Positions 9,893 through 20,415 of a DNA stretch of 64,000 nucleotides are shown one piece after another. Origin of the DNA: Candidatus Latescibacterota bacterium (GTDB lineage Bacteria > Latescibacterota > UBA2968); contig OZ240241.1 in assembly GCA_965198115.1 (NCBI GenBank), positions 1,600,001-1,664,000 on the forward strand, in the 5' to 3' direction. The notes under the pieces are model-generated. The model saw only the letters and a program-made list of their open reading frames with translations, had not been told where the DNA came from and made no database searches. Position numbers and translations under genes: made by a program. The first letter of the stretch is position 1. Every line of letters begins with the position of its first letter.

Positions 9893-10747
9893 ATGAACTC
9901 ACTCGATCAATACCGCTACGAATACCTTACCTGGCCCGAAATCAACCACGCCGCCGAAGCCCGCAAGGTCGTGCTGCTTCCGATTGGAAGCACCGAACAG
10001 CACGGCCACCATCTGCCGCTCGACACGGATAACTTTCTCGCCACGAGTGTTTGCCTCGAAGCAGCGAAGAAGGCGCCCCAGGAGCTGCTCGTCATGCCCA
10101 ACATTCCCTATGGCTACAACGAGCACGCCCAGGATTTCCCCGGCACGATCCACGTCACCTACGAGCACTTCATCGAGTACTGTCTCGACGTCTGTAAGAG
10201 CGTCGCCTACGTGGGTTTCAATCGAATCGCCATCGTTGACGGTCACGGATCTAACGAGCACCTGTGTGAGTTCATCGCCCGGCGCGCGACGCTCGAAACC
10301 GAAGCCCTCATCGCATCGCTGATGTGGACGAACCTGGTCACGGAGGAATTCGAAGAGATCCGTGATTCGGGCCTAGGGGGTGCCGCACACGCCTGCGAGC
10401 TCGAAACCTCGGCCTATCTCTACCTTGCCGAGGACCGCGTCCAGATGGACAAGGCTCAGGACCACTACGGTGGAGCGGCGGGAAGTGAGGGATCACGCTA
10501 TATGTGGGTCGACATCGGCAAGGGCTGGGGGCCCGTCAAGGTGGTCAAGTGGACGAGCGCGTCGACGCCCAACGGTGTGTCGGGTGCGCCGACTCTGGCC
10601 ACGAGCGAGAAAGGCCAGGTTTTGATCGACGGAGCTGCCGAGCATCTCCTCGCGTTCAGCCGGGAGTTCAAAGACATGCCTGAACCCGTCCGTGTCGACC
10701 ATCGAAAGGTGAAGCCCTCACGCCCGACATTGCCGAACCTGGACTGA
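9893..10747 (+). CDS. Creatininase-family amidohydrolase
   Basis: EQHGHHLPLDTD, GHGSN, HACELETS metal motifs. RBS ggagg upstream. Confidence 0.9.
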   Translation: MNSLDQYRYEYLTWPEINHAAEARKVVLLPIGSTEQHGHHLPLDTDNFLATSVCLEAAKKAPQELLVMPNIPYGYNEHAQDFPGTIHVTYEHFIEYCLDVCKSVAYVGFNRIAIVDGHGSNEHLCEFIARRATLETEALIASLMWTNLVTEEFEEIRDSGLGGAAHACELETSAYLYLAEDRVQMDKAQDHYGGAAGSEGSRYMWVDIGKGWGPVKVVKWTSASTPNGVSGAPTLATSEKGQVLIDGAAEHLLAFSREFKDMPEPVRVDHRKVKPSRPTLPNLD

Positions 10748-10795
10748 CGGAGCGTTCTCAGGCAGAACCTGGAGACCATTGAACTAGGACACAGC

Positions 10796-10891
10796 CCCCC
10801 CGGGCAGAGCCGGGGGTGAGCTGATACGCATTGCTTAAATTCTTTAAGACCAAGTGGCGCGCTCGTCCCCGTGCTCCGCACGGGGCGGCGC
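10796..10891. repeat. Two GC-rich REP-like hairpins in intergenic space
   Basis: cccccgg-gcagag-ccggggg and ccccgtg-ctccg-cacgggg, neither with a U-tract. Confidence 0.45.
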
Positions 10892-10919
10892 TAACTGTCT
10901 GATTTCCTGCGGAGCGCCC

Positions 10920-12380
10920 ATGAAAACCCTCTTCATCATGCTCGACTCGTTGAACCGCCATTACTTGAATACCTACAATCCCGATGCGTGGGTCCAGACG
11001 CCCAACATCGATCGCCTCGCCCAACGCGGTATCGTCTTCGACAACCATTACTGCGGATCGATGCCGTGCATGCCGGCCAGGAGAGAGTTTTACACCGGGC
11101 GGCTCAACTTCCTTGAAACCCCGTGGTCCCCGATCCAACCGTGGGACAACTGTCTACAACCGGAACTCCGGAACCAACGACAGGTCTACTCCCACATGAT
11201 CACCGACCACTACCACTACTACCACAGCGGTGGAGAGTGCTACCACACACGCTTCAACAGCTGGGAGTTCTTGCGTGGCCAGGAAAGCGATGTCTGGCGT
11301 CCACTGGTCGATGAGCCAGAAACACCCGACTTCATCGGTCGCCGACAGCAGCGAGCCTACTGGTCCAATCGGGCCTTCATGGATCCCGAACGTGACGAAG
11401 ATTTCTCGACGCCGCAATGCTTCATCCGAGCGATGGATTTCCTCGACCACAACCACGACGCGGACAATTGGCATCTTCATCTGGAATGTTTCGACCCACA
11501 CGAGCCGTTTGCCTGTCCACAAAAGTATCGCGACCTCTACGATGATTCGTGGGACATGGAGAAGCTCCATTTCAACTGGCCAGACTATGCGCCTATCGAG
11601 GAGGACGAGGAAGCGGTCGCTCACATTCGCAAGTCCTACGCCGGTACCCTCACCATGGCCGACCATTGGCTCGGGAAGCTTCTGGACAAAATGGATGAGC
11701 ACAACCTCTGGAAAGACACCACGGTCATCCTCACGACCGACCACGGCCACCTCCTGGGTGAGCACGGATACTGGGCGAAGAACTACATGTTCGACTACAA
11801 GGAACTCGTTCACATCCCCATGTTCATCTCGACGCCCGATGGAGACGCAGGACGACGCTCTGCTCTGACCGCATCCATGGACCTCATGCCCACGTTCATG
11901 GACCTGCACGACGGTGAACTGCCAGGGGGCGTGCACGGGCGATCGATTCAACACCTGTTCGCGAATGACGGGGACCACAACGACGCCATTCTGTATGGCT
12001 ACTTCGGCAAGGATATCAACCTGACGGATGGCCAATACACCTACTGTCGCCAGGCGCTTCCCGACACCACGCTCTACAACCACCTCGGCAATCCGTGCAA
12101 CTTCAGCGATTTCGAAAAGCGTGATGTGCTCAAGAATGCCGAATTGGGTGTTTTTCTCGACTCGGCCGACGGGATCCCCCACTACAGGATCGAAACGCCG
12201 TCCAAGTGGCATCACGACGCACCGGACTTCAACCCGATCTACGACATCACCAAGGATCCACTCCAGGAGAGTCCCATCAAGGACGACGCGCTCGAGGGCA
12301 GGCTAGCAGCCAAGATGAAGGAACTTCTGGATCGCTTCGATGCTCCCGAATGTCAGTATCCGCGTGTAGGACTAGGTTAA
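10920..12380 (+). CDS. Sulfatase (Cys-type)
   Basis: MLDSLNRH, CMPARRE, FDPHEPF, TDHGH motifs. Confidence 0.9.
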   Translation: MKTLFIMLDSLNRHYLNTYNPDAWVQTPNIDRLAQRGIVFDNHYCGSMPCMPARREFYTGRLNFLETPWSPIQPWDNCLQPELRNQRQVYSHMITDHYHYYHSGGECYHTRFNSWEFLRGQESDVWRPLVDEPETPDFIGRRQQRAYWSNRAFMDPERDEDFSTPQCFIRAMDFLDHNHDADNWHLHLECFDPHEPFACPQKYRDLYDDSWDMEKLHFNWPDYAPIEEDEEAVAHIRKSYAGTLTMADHWLGKLLDKMDEHNLWKDTTVILTTDHGHLLGEHGYWAKNYMFDYKELVHIPMFISTPDGDAGRRSALTASMDLMPTFMDLHDGELPGGVHGRSIQHLFANDGDHNDAILYGYFGKDINLTDGQYTYCRQALPDTTLYNHLGNPCNFSDFEKRDVLKNAELGVFLDSADGIPHYRIETPSKWHHDAPDFNPIYDITKDPLQESPIKDDALEGRLAAKMKELLDRFDAPECQYPRVGLG

Positions 12381-12557
12381 CGCCGTTTTGATCGTCAGTC
12401 GCTGAGCCGGAAGGTCACAGCCTTATGCTTCTTAGCGGGGGCCCATTTTGATCTTCGGCTCGCTACCATACGGAAAAACCAGAATGGTCCCGGCCCGGAA
12501 GCACACCGGGATGACACTGGCTCTCTTCATTTTTGTGATTGTCTGAGAGGAACACCA

Positions 12558-13529
12558 ATGCCTGTTAAAGTCGTTGTCATGGCAGGACGATGGGCCGAAT
12601 GGACCGATGACTACAACGCGGTCTCATCGGAAGTGAACGCTGTCGCTGCACACACGGATGAAGCGCTGCTGGAAGAAATCGTTGACGCGGACGTCGTCTT
12701 CGGTCGTCTGCCAAAAGAACCGTTCCTGGCGGCGAAACAACTCAAGTGGGTCCAGAGTATCGGCGTAGGATTCGAAACCATGCTCTACCCCGAAATGATC
12801 GAGAGCGACGTCGTCATCACCAACACGGCGGGCGCGTTCGACTCGGCCATGGCCGAGCACGCCCTCGCTCTGATCCTGAGCCACACACGCGGCGTGATCG
12901 CCTCCGAACGCCATCGTAGGAACCGGTTCTATTCGAGAGACGTTCCACTCAGTCAGGTCGACGGTCGACGAGCCTGCATCCTCGGACTCGGAACGATCGG
13001 CAGAAACATCGCCATTCGCCTACACGCACTCGGTCTTCACGTCGTTGGAGTCGACGCGCAAGTCACCGAGTCTCCCGAAGGCGTCGACGAGCTGGCCACG
13101 CCTGACCAATCCCTCGACGTCATTTCGCGTGTCGACTTCGTCATCGTCGCACTCCCCTTGACCGAAAACACGAGGGGCCTGGTCAACGCCGAGTGGTTCG
13201 ACCGAATGCCCGACCACGCCTACCTCGTTAACATCGCGCGTGGCCCCATCATCAACGAAGCCGATCTCGTCGTTGCATTGAAAGAGGGTAAAATCGCCGG
13301 AGCCGGCATCGACGTCTTCGAGATCGAACCCCTGCCCGAAGAGAGTCCGCTGTGGGAGCAACCGAACGCCATCATCACCTACCATCTCGCCGGACGGTCG
13401 TCCGAGGGCCAGCGCAACATGAAACAGATCTTCTGCGAGAACCTGCGTCGCTGGGTGAAGGGTGATCCCTTGCTGAACGTGGTGGATAAACAGAAGGGGT
13501 ACGTGCTTCAGGGTTCAGGACAATCGTAG
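12558..13529 (+). CDS. D-2-hydroxyacid dehydrogenase
   Basis: GLGTIG Rossmann motif, NIARG, DVFEIEP, catalytic His in YHLAG. Confidence 0.9.
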   Translation: MPVKVVVMAGRWAEWTDDYNAVSSEVNAVAAHTDEALLEEIVDADVVFGRLPKEPFLAAKQLKWVQSIGVGFETMLYPEMIESDVVITNTAGAFDSAMAEHALALILSHTRGVIASERHRRNRFYSRDVPLSQVDGRRACILGLGTIGRNIAIRLHALGLHVVGVDAQVTESPEGVDELATPDQSLDVISRVDFVIVALPLTENTRGLVNAEWFDRMPDHAYLVNIARGPIINEADLVVALKEGKIAGAGIDVFEIEPLPEESPLWEQPNAIITYHLAGRSSEGQRNMKQIFCENLRRWVKGDPLLNVVDKQKGYVLQGSGQS

Positions 13530-13644
13530 CATCATTGCGAAATAGACGTCGTATTGCTGCCGCACCGTTGGTAACCAGGACGCGGCGATTCGTAATATTG
13601 TTCGACTGATTCCACTGGAAAACACGATCCAACGAGGAGAATTC

Positions 13645-14880
13645 ATGGCAACACTCAACACGCTCGACGCCGTTGAAAAGGCGATCAAGGGCCAGTCCAT
13701 CGTCGACATCCATACGCATCTCTATCCCGCGTCCATGGGGCCCCTTTTTTTGGGTGGCCCCGATGAGCTCGTCACCTACCACTACCTGAAGGCCGAGACG
13801 TCGCGACAACTGCCGTCCGACATCTCGGTCGAGGCGTTCAACAACCTGCCGACCGATCAGCAGGCCGACGTGGTCTGGTCGACGCTCTTCGTCGGTGAAA
13901 GCAGCCCGATTTCGGAGGCTCAGATCGGGGTCGTCACGGTTATGGACACGCTCGGCCTTGACCCACGTGCCGCCGACCTGGCCGAATTCCGCGCTCTCTA
14001 CAACGACCACACCCCCGAGGCCTACACGGACCTGGTCTTCGAGAAATCCGGCGTTGGTACGGTCTACATGACCAACGATCCGCTTGAAGAGGTCGAAGGC
14101 GCATACTGGCAGAACGGGTTCGATCTCGACCCTCGATTCCGCGCGGTCTTGCGGCTCGACAGTGCTCTCATGAACTGGCCTGCCCCTGTCGAAAAACTCC
14201 AGGCTTTCGGGTATGACGTCGAAACCTCCCTGTCGGACAAGACCTTCGCCGAGATCCGACGCTACCTGGCCGATTGGGTCGGGAAGATGGACGCCCGATA
14301 CATGGCCATCTCACTTCCACCCGACTTCAGCTACCCGACCGACGAAACGACATCGGTGCTCATGAAAAAATGCGTTTACCCAAGCGCGGAGGAGCTGGAC
14401 ATCCCATCAGCCATGATGGTGGGTGTCACGCGCCAGGTGAATCCCGTGCTCAAGGACGGTGGTGATAGTCTGGGCAGCTGGGACGTAACCAACCTGGAAC
14501 GGATCGCGAGAGACTGGCCCAACGTCACCTTCCTCACGACCATCCTCTCACGTGAAGATCAGCACGAGCTCTGCGTCACCGCACGAAAATTCCCGAACGT
14601 TTTGCCGTTCGGCTGCTGGTGGTTCCTGAACAACCCGAGTGTCATTCAGGAGATCACTCAGGAGCGACTCGAGCTCCTCGGCACGTCCTTCATTCCACAA
14701 CATTCGGACGCCAGAATTCTCGATCAGCTCCTCTACAAATGGACGCATTCGATCCGTAGTATCGCGCCCGTCCTTGCTCGAAAATACGAGGATCTCCAGG
14801 GCGCCGGATGGCCGCTCACCCAGGAGGACGTCAGCCGCGACATCGGAAGGTTCTTCGGTGGGGGGACGGTGCTCGCCTGA
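13645..14880 (+). CDS. uxaC: Uronate (glucuronate) isomerase, divergent amidohydrolase-fold type
   Basis: DIHTH metal motif, GCWWF, HSDARILDQL. Confidence 0.8.
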   Translation: MATLNTLDAVEKAIKGQSIVDIHTHLYPASMGPLFLGGPDELVTYHYLKAETSRQLPSDISVEAFNNLPTDQQADVVWSTLFVGESSPISEAQIGVVTVMDTLGLDPRAADLAEFRALYNDHTPEAYTDLVFEKSGVGTVYMTNDPLEEVEGAYWQNGFDLDPRFRAVLRLDSALMNWPAPVEKLQAFGYDVETSLSDKTFAEIRRYLADWVGKMDARYMAISLPPDFSYPTDETTSVLMKKCVYPSAEELDIPSAMMVGVTRQVNPVLKDGGDSLGSWDVTNLERIARDWPNVTFLTTILSREDQHELCVTARKFPNVLPFGCWWFLNNPSVIQEITQERLELLGTSFIPQHSDARILDQLLYKWTHSIRSIAPVLARKYEDLQGAGWPLTQEDVSRDIGRFFGGGTVLA

Positions 14881-14902
14881 GTCCACTGTTTTAGGGAAAA
14901 GC

Positions 14903-14935
14903 AAAGGGAGCGCGATCGATGATCGGGCTCCCTTT
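14903..14935. terminator. Bidirectional intrinsic terminator
   Basis: aaagggagc...gctcccttt between convergent genes. Confidence 0.65.
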
Positions 14936-14961
14936 CGCATCTCCCTACGCCGTAGTTGGTA

Positions 14962-15591
14962 CTATTCGGATGACTCCTCCCCTTCCGTCACTTCATCGGC
15001 GACCTCATCGCTGCTATCGGTCCCATTGCCTTCGACCGAGTCTTCATCAGGCAATTCCGGTTCGGTGTCTGACACCGCCAGCTGAGCCTCCGCGAGCTGT
15101 TCCTTCGCCGCGGTCGCATCCGCTTCGTGCTTCTGAACGGCGCTCATCAGAGCATCGACCTTCCCGTTCGCCTCCGCCAGTCGATCCGACAGCTCGGCGA
15201 CAACGTTGCCCAGGATGCTCGCCTTGATGTGCTGGTCGCCCTCCATCAGCTGGTAGATCAGCTCGCGCGCAATCACCAGCCCGGCGCAGTCCCCCTCGGC
15301 CACGACGGTCGCCGAACGCATGTGCCCCGTAAAGACCCCCATCTCTCCGATAGAAACGCCGGCCCCGAGCTCGACAAGCTTCTGACCCGCGGGACTCAAC
15401 ACGGTGAGCTTGCCCATAATCAGGACGAGGAAATCGTCACTCACGTCCCCCGCCGTATAAATCTGTGTATTCGCTGCGTACTTCTGGAACCGGCAGATCC
15501 GGATCAGATGTTCGGCCTGTTCCAGGCTCAGCCCTTCAAAAACCGGAATCTTCTGGAGGATCGACATCAACTGGTGCTGTTGTCGGTTCAT
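14962..15591 (-). CDS. Cyclic-nucleotide-binding domain protein with coiled/acidic tail (no HTH)
   Basis: IPVFEGL, GEMGVF...RSATVVA cNMP pocket; E/D-rich C-terminus. Confidence 0.8.
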   Translation of the reverse strand: MNRQQHQLMSILQKIPVFEGLSLEQAEHLIRICRFQKYAANTQIYTAGDVSDDFLVLIMGKLTVLSPAGQKLVELGAGVSIGEMGVFTGHMRSATVVAEGDCAGLVIARELIYQLMEGDQHIKASILGNVVAELSDRLAEANGKVDALMSAVQKHEADATAAKEQLAEAQLAVSDTEPELPDEDSVEGNGTDSSDEVADEVTEGEESSE

Positions 15592-15642
15592 GTTGCAACC
15601 CCTTTGGAGCGACTACGGGAAAGAACTGCTCCAATAATACGT

Positions 15643-17010
15643 CTATGTGACGGCTTGGTCGACCGATTCCGACAGCACGCCCAGACCCTCTTCCAGTGCC
15701 TCACGCGAAATCGTCAGCGGCGGCGAAATCTTCACCGTCTGGCCCCACGAGCCGACGGGCGCAAAAAAGAGCAAGCCTTTGTGAAAACAGCGCTCTACGA
15801 TGTCGAATGCCAGATCTGGATCCGGTTCTTTCTTCCCCCGCTTGACCATCTGCAGCCCGGCGACCAGACCTTTCCCCGTGCAGTTTCCGACGACTTCGGC
15901 GTGTCGCTTCTGAATCGCCTTCAGTCCCGCCAACAGGACCGGTTCGAGCCGTGCGGCGTTCTCGACCAAACCGTCGTTCACGATTTTCTTCAGACTCGCG
16001 AGGGCCGCAGCCGCGCAGATCGGGTTCCCTGTGTGCGTACTCGTCATCGACCCTGGTGAATACTGGTCCATGATCGCCTGCCGCCCCACGACACCGGACA
16101 GTGGGAGCGAACTGCTGACCCCCTTGCCAAAACAGATCAGGTCCGGATCGACACCGTAGTGCTCGAAGCCCCACATGGTTCCACATCGGCCGAACCCGGC
16201 TTGCACTTCGTCCAAGATGAGCAGGGCGTCGTGCGCCCGACACCATTCGGCCAGAGCCTCGACATACGCGACCGGAGCGAAGTCGGGCCCCACACCTTGG
16301 TACGTTTCGAGCATGACGCCCGCGACCTGATCGGGTTCGAGGCCGCGTTCTTCCACGGTCGTGCAGAACAGATCGAAATCCGTGTTGTCCGTCCAGTAGC
16401 CGTCCGGAAAGGGGACTTGAATGATAGCCGGGTCCTCGTTGACGATCCAATCCTTCTGCCCGGGCATCCCACCGACCTGCTGGGAACCCAACGTCCGACC
16501 GTGAAAGCCCCGCTCGAACCCGACCACACCAATTTTCTTCTCGCCCCCGTGACGGATCCCGTGGCTTCGGGCCAGCTTGATCGCACACTCCGTCGCTTCC
16601 GACCCTGTCGTCAGCAGGAAGACCTTGTCCAGACCATCGGGCGCCAGGCCGACGATGTAGCGGGCCAGCTCCGCGCGCTCCTCACTCGGAAAGCAGTAGT
16701 TGTGAAGCAGCCCGCTTTCTGCCTGTTCGATCACGGCCTTTCGAACCTCCGGCATGCCATGACCGGCATTCGTGACCAACACACCCGAACTCCAGTCGAG
16801 CCACATGTTTCCGTGCTTGTCGTAAACGTTGACGTCTTCTGCGCGGTCCCACACGACAGGCGGCTGGCCCCGCATGGAAATCGGCTCGAACTCTCTCAAC
16901 GTCTCGAGCGTCTCCACCGACTCGGGGGCGGGCAAGGACGTCACGATGCGACGATACTTCGTGTCGACCTTCGGCACGTCTTTCGGTGTGATGTCGAACT
17001 CTTTCCCCAT
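15643..17010 (-). CDS. Class III PLP aminotransferase (GabT-like)
   Basis: GSEATE, FHGRT, DEVQAGFGR, FGKG PLP lysine, HTGNP. Confidence 0.9.
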   Translation of the reverse strand: MGKEFDITPKDVPKVDTKYRRIVTSLPAPESVETLETLREFEPISMRGQPPVVWDRAEDVNVYDKHGNMWLDWSSGVLVTNAGHGMPEVRKAVIEQAESGLLHNYCFPSEERAELARYIVGLAPDGLDKVFLLTTGSEATECAIKLARSHGIRHGGEKKIGVVGFERGFHGRTLGSQQVGGMPGQKDWIVNEDPAIIQVPFPDGYWTDNTDFDLFCTTVEERGLEPDQVAGVMLETYQGVGPDFAPVAYVEALAEWCRAHDALLILDEVQAGFGRCGTMWGFEHYGVDPDLICFGKGVSSSLPLSGVVGRQAIMDQYSPGSMTSTHTGNPICAAAALASLKKIVNDGLVENAARLEPVLLAGLKAIQKRHAEVVGNCTGKGLVAGLQMVKRGKKEPDPDLAFDIVERCFHKGLLFFAPVGSWGQTVKISPPLTISREALEEGLGVLSESVDQAVT

Positions 17011-17048
17011 GATCCCGCTATTGAATCCGAAGGTGGCTGTCCCAGTCT

Positions 17049-17069
17049 TTCAATTCTCGATTCTCGATC
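17049..17069. repeat. Heptamer tandem repeat (YTCRATY x3)
   Basis: ttcaatt ctcgatt ctcgatc, overlapping the stop codon of the Gfo/Idh/MocA gene. Confidence 0.5.
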
Positions 17070-18351
17070 ACAAGGGTCGATCGTAGATCTTTTCAAACAC
17101 AGCGTCAGGACCTTCGCTCGCACGATTCGGATCGACGATCGCAATGCCATCGGGACCGAACGTGGCCGACACAGAAGCTCCCTTGCCTTCCTGCATGTAA
17201 GCGTAGTTCAGATCGCGCACGAGCATCGCGGCGTGAACGATCGCCACGGTGATGCGTCCGTCTTCGGCCGTCGGGTAGATTCCGGCGACGTCCTCGATCG
17301 AATCCCCGTTGAACTTCACACGGCACATGGCCACCAGGCCGACGACAATGCTGTCGACGCCATAGCCGACGTAGGCGTCGTGGCCTTCCGGCCGCTTGAT
17401 GTCTCGCGTCATGTGATTGTTCACCGTGCGGCTGCCGCCTCCGTGGTACCAGAAGCGGAACCCGCGATACTGCTGATCGGACTCGACCTTACCGTCGGCG
17501 CCCACGATTTCGTGCCCCTGGTTGACCGGGCCCTCGAAGTCATCGGGCGTAATCCAATTGTTGTGGAAGTGGATAGACATGCCATTTTCGAAGTCGACCC
17601 GGACCTGAACGGAATCGTAGGCGTCGATGCCGTCTCGAATCAGGCGCTTCTTCTGACCCACGGCCGTCAGCGAAACAGGCTTGCTCCGGTAGTAATTGTA
17701 GATCAGATCGGTCCAGTGAGGCCCCACATAGCTGAACGGGTCGCTCTGCTCCGCCCACTTGAACGTACTCGTCGATACCTCGAGGGGCTCCTCCAGCATC
17801 GCCTGACCGTAAAGAGGATCTCCAATCCGATCCTTGATGTCGTTCAAAATCCTCAGATGATCGGGGTCGTATCGCTTGTGCATGTCGATCGCGACCACGA
17901 GACCCTTCTCCCTCGCCTTGGCGATGATCTCGTCGGCCTCGTGAACGGACAGACACATCGGCTTTTCCATCAGCACGTGCGAACCGTTGTCGAGCGCGTC
18001 GAGAGTCACCTGTGTGTGGAGATGGTCAGGCGTGGCCACCGACATCACGTCGAGGTCAGGATGGTCCGCGATTACTTCTCGCCAGGGCGTTTCGCCGTGA
18101 TACGCCTGGGGACGACGCCCCGTCCACTGCTCGAAAGTGTCGCACGCTTTGGCCGCGGATGCCTCCGACCGTGTCGCGATCGCCACGAGATCGAACTCTA
18201 CGGGCGCGAGTTCCCGGGCGTGCGCATCCAACCCGACGCGGCCAAGCATCCCGGCGATGCCGGCCTTTTGCAGGTCAGCATACGCCCGGGCGTGGACGTC
18301 CCCCCCGAACATCCCCGCCCCGATCAGGGCAATCTTCATCGTCTGTGCCAT
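17068..18351 (-). CDS. Gfo/Idh/MocA-family oxidoreductase
   Basis: IALIGAGMFG, ATPDHLH, HVLMEKP. ATG overlaps the upstream TGA. Confidence 0.88.
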   Translation of the reverse strand: MAQTMKIALIGAGMFGGDVHARAYADLQKAGIAGMLGRVGLDAHARELAPVEFDLVAIATRSEASAAKACDTFEQWTGRRPQAYHGETPWREVIADHPDLDVMSVATPDHLHTQVTLDALDNGSHVLMEKPMCLSVHEADEIIAKAREKGLVVAIDMHKRYDPDHLRILNDIKDRIGDPLYGQAMLEEPLEVSTSTFKWAEQSDPFSYVGPHWTDLIYNYYRSKPVSLTAVGQKKRLIRDGIDAYDSVQVRVDFENGMSIHFHNNWITPDDFEGPVNQGHEIVGADGKVESDQQYRGFRFWYHGGGSRTVNNHMTRDIKRPEGHDAYVGYGVDSIVVGLVAMCRVKFNGDSIEDVAGIYPTAEDGRITVAIVHAAMLVRDLNYAYMQEGKGASVSATFGPDGIAIVDPNRASEGPDAVFEKIYDRPL

Positions 18352-18743
18352 CACTCTTCCTCTTCCTTGCTCCCACCCGGTGGCTTTTCCCATTCCCGGT
18401 ATTCTTTTTCGGAAATGAACCGACCCCGGTCGTCCAGGAAGCTTTCGCTGTCGACCTGATCCACGACGTGCCCCTTTCGATCGATCAGCCCCCATTGCCC
18501 CGCCTCCTTGACTTTGGCAATGCCTCCCGTAAAAACGCGGGCCTGCTCGAACCGCGGCGGAATCACCCACTTTCCCGAAGTGTCGATGAACCCCCACTTC
18601 CCTTCAAAACGTACCCGTGCGAGACCCTCTGAGAAGCTGCCGGCCGAATCGAACTTCGGGTCGATCACAGTCTTCCCGGTTGCGTCCCGAAACCCCCATT
18701 GTTCGCCCTCGGCGAACGGCACGTAGTCGTGACCGATCATCAT
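18351..18743 (-). CDS. WG-repeat (KWG) protein
   Basis: Three repeats WGFRD/WGFID/WGLID with FSEGLARV. Confidence 0.85.
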   Translation of the reverse strand: MMIGHDYVPFAEGEQWGFRDATGKTVIDPKFDSAGSFSEGLARVRFEGKWGFIDTSGKWVIPPRFEQARVFTGGIAKVKEAGQWGLIDRKGHVVDQVDSESFLDDRGRFISEKEYREWEKPPGGSKEEEE

Positions 18744-18744
18744 C

Positions 18745-19368
18745 TTAAGCAGAGATCGCCGGCGCTGCCTCTTGGTCCAGCGTGCGGTAAATCCACGCCA
18801 TCGCGAGTGACGTCACCGGCCAGACGACGATCCATCCCAGGAGCAGTGGGACGGCTCCGACAAGGAACAGCAGGATGCAAACGGCGAGGAAACCGATCAA
18901 CGCGAGCCTGTGCTCACGTGTTGCTCTTGAACTGGCCTTGAGTGCTTCGATTGGCCCCATTTCATATTCGACCATATAGAAGCCCCAGAGACTGAACTGA
19001 GCGCCCCAGATGATGCCGGGAACCAGGAGGAGGAGCAGGCCGACCAGGATGATGACTCCATACATAATCGAACCGAGAAGGTATTTGAACACGAGGTGTG
19101 CTCTGGCAAACAGGTCGGCAAACCCGAAGGTCCCCCCATCGACCAGCGTCACAACGATGTAGATCAGACCAACCGCAGTCACGTAGGAAAGAATCACGGT
19201 CGCGAACACGACCAATCCCCTGATCACGTGAGATCCGGGAAACACCCACTCGGTCGTCATCTGAGGAATGTGTATTAAGAAAACGAAAAGGTGAACGCCG
19301 ATCAGCAGTCCGGCGTTCTCCTTGAATAATTCCCACCCTCTTTTGAGCGCATCTCCAGTGCGGAACAT
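18745..19368 (-). CDS. Multi-pass membrane protein (DUF975/YciC-like)
   Basis: Hydrophobic helices, LLLVPGII, GPIEALKAS pattern. RBS ggag before ATG 19368. Confidence 0.7.
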   Translation of the reverse strand: MFRTGDALKRGWELFKENAGLLIGVHLFVFLIHIPQMTTEWVFPGSHVIRGLVVFATVILSYVTAVGLIYIVVTLVDGGTFGFADLFARAHLVFKYLLGSIMYGVIILVGLLLLLVPGIIWGAQFSLWGFYMVEYEMGPIEALKASSRATREHRLALIGFLAVCILLFLVGAVPLLLGWIVVWPVTSLAMAWIYRTLDQEAAPAISA

Positions 19369-19498
19369 CGCTGTCTCCACCGGGAATCCCAGCACGTCTT
19401 GGCATTCCAGATTCGGCCCGGCGAAAGTATAAAACACGGGGCGGGACCGATGAAGCCCTTTAGGCACCGCTTCGATGTCGTGAGCGTAGGCGACGTCC

Positions 19499-20357
19499 CT
19501 ATCGCGCCCGTAGCGCCCTCTGCCACGCTCCCTTGATCTCATCCTTCGCCACGATGGCATCTTTCCAAATGTCCGGGAAGCACGCCAGTGCATAACCAGA
19601 GCCCTGGGGCCCCAGCTCGGGAACCGCATACAGCGTACTCCCGCTTCGTTGCGCCCTTTACCCAGGCCTTCAGGGCCGGAACCAGATAACCATCTCGCCA
19701 GAGGACGAAATCGCGATCGAGTCTCCCCCGACCGTCCGTGATCGGTGTCTGACAGTGGCTGCCGGTGAAAGGACGGAAGTGAATCAGTTGGCTCATCCGC
19801 CAGATATCCGAGCGGGCTGACAGACTCTTCCAGTAACCGGGAGGACGGATCTGCTTGATAATGGCCGGGTGAGAATGATCGAAGTTCATCCGGAGCTTCT
19901 TTTTGTAGCGCTTCTCATACGCACTGGCCAGCGCGAACGCTTTTTCAGGAGTTTCAGTGCACGTATCCCGGTGCACCTCGATCGCCGGCATCATATCCAG
20001 CTTCTCACCGGCGACGACGACAGCCCGTGCAACCTTCAGTGCATCGGCTGTCTTCGTATCGTGATCGCACAGCTGGACGTTCACGTGGATCGCACCGGCT
20101 TTCTTGAATCGCCTCAAGGTGGGTTCGGCCGACCTGACAGACCCCACATCCACACCGCCCACGAGCTCTAATCCGTGCTTGGCGAGGGCGTTCGCCAGCT
20201 CCGGGTCCGCGCCCGCACTCATGCCGTCGAATCCAGCCTCCTTCACGCGCTTCACTTTCGTTTCGACCGACCACGGTCGCTTTTCCGACGGGTAATCGCG
20301 TAGCGACCAGTCCGCAGCCATGATCTTGATCTTCGGTCGTACTCTTCGTTTCACCAT
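19499..20357 (-). pseudogene. Xylose-isomerase-like TIM-barrel protein with frameshift near 19645
   Basis: IEVHRD, NFDHSH motifs. The likely true C-terminus (YAVPELGPQGSGYALACFPDIWKDA...RAR*) is in another frame ending at 19499. Confidence 0.7.
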
Positions 20358-20387
20358 CTCCCCTCCTCGATGTTCGGTTCACAGCCC

Positions 20388-20415
20388 TACAATTCTCGAT
20401 CTTCGATCTTCAATC
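20388..20415. repeat. Heptamer tandem repeat (YTCRATY x4)
   Basis: tacaatt ctcgatc ttcgatc ttcaatc, overlapping the sulfatase stop codon. Confidence 0.55.

Noticed and set aside
16159-18459. 766-aa plus-strand ORF (also 55203-56888, 52445-53455, 2906-4363)
   Set aside because: Antisense shadows of well-supported genes in GC-rich DNA, with no recognisable motifs.
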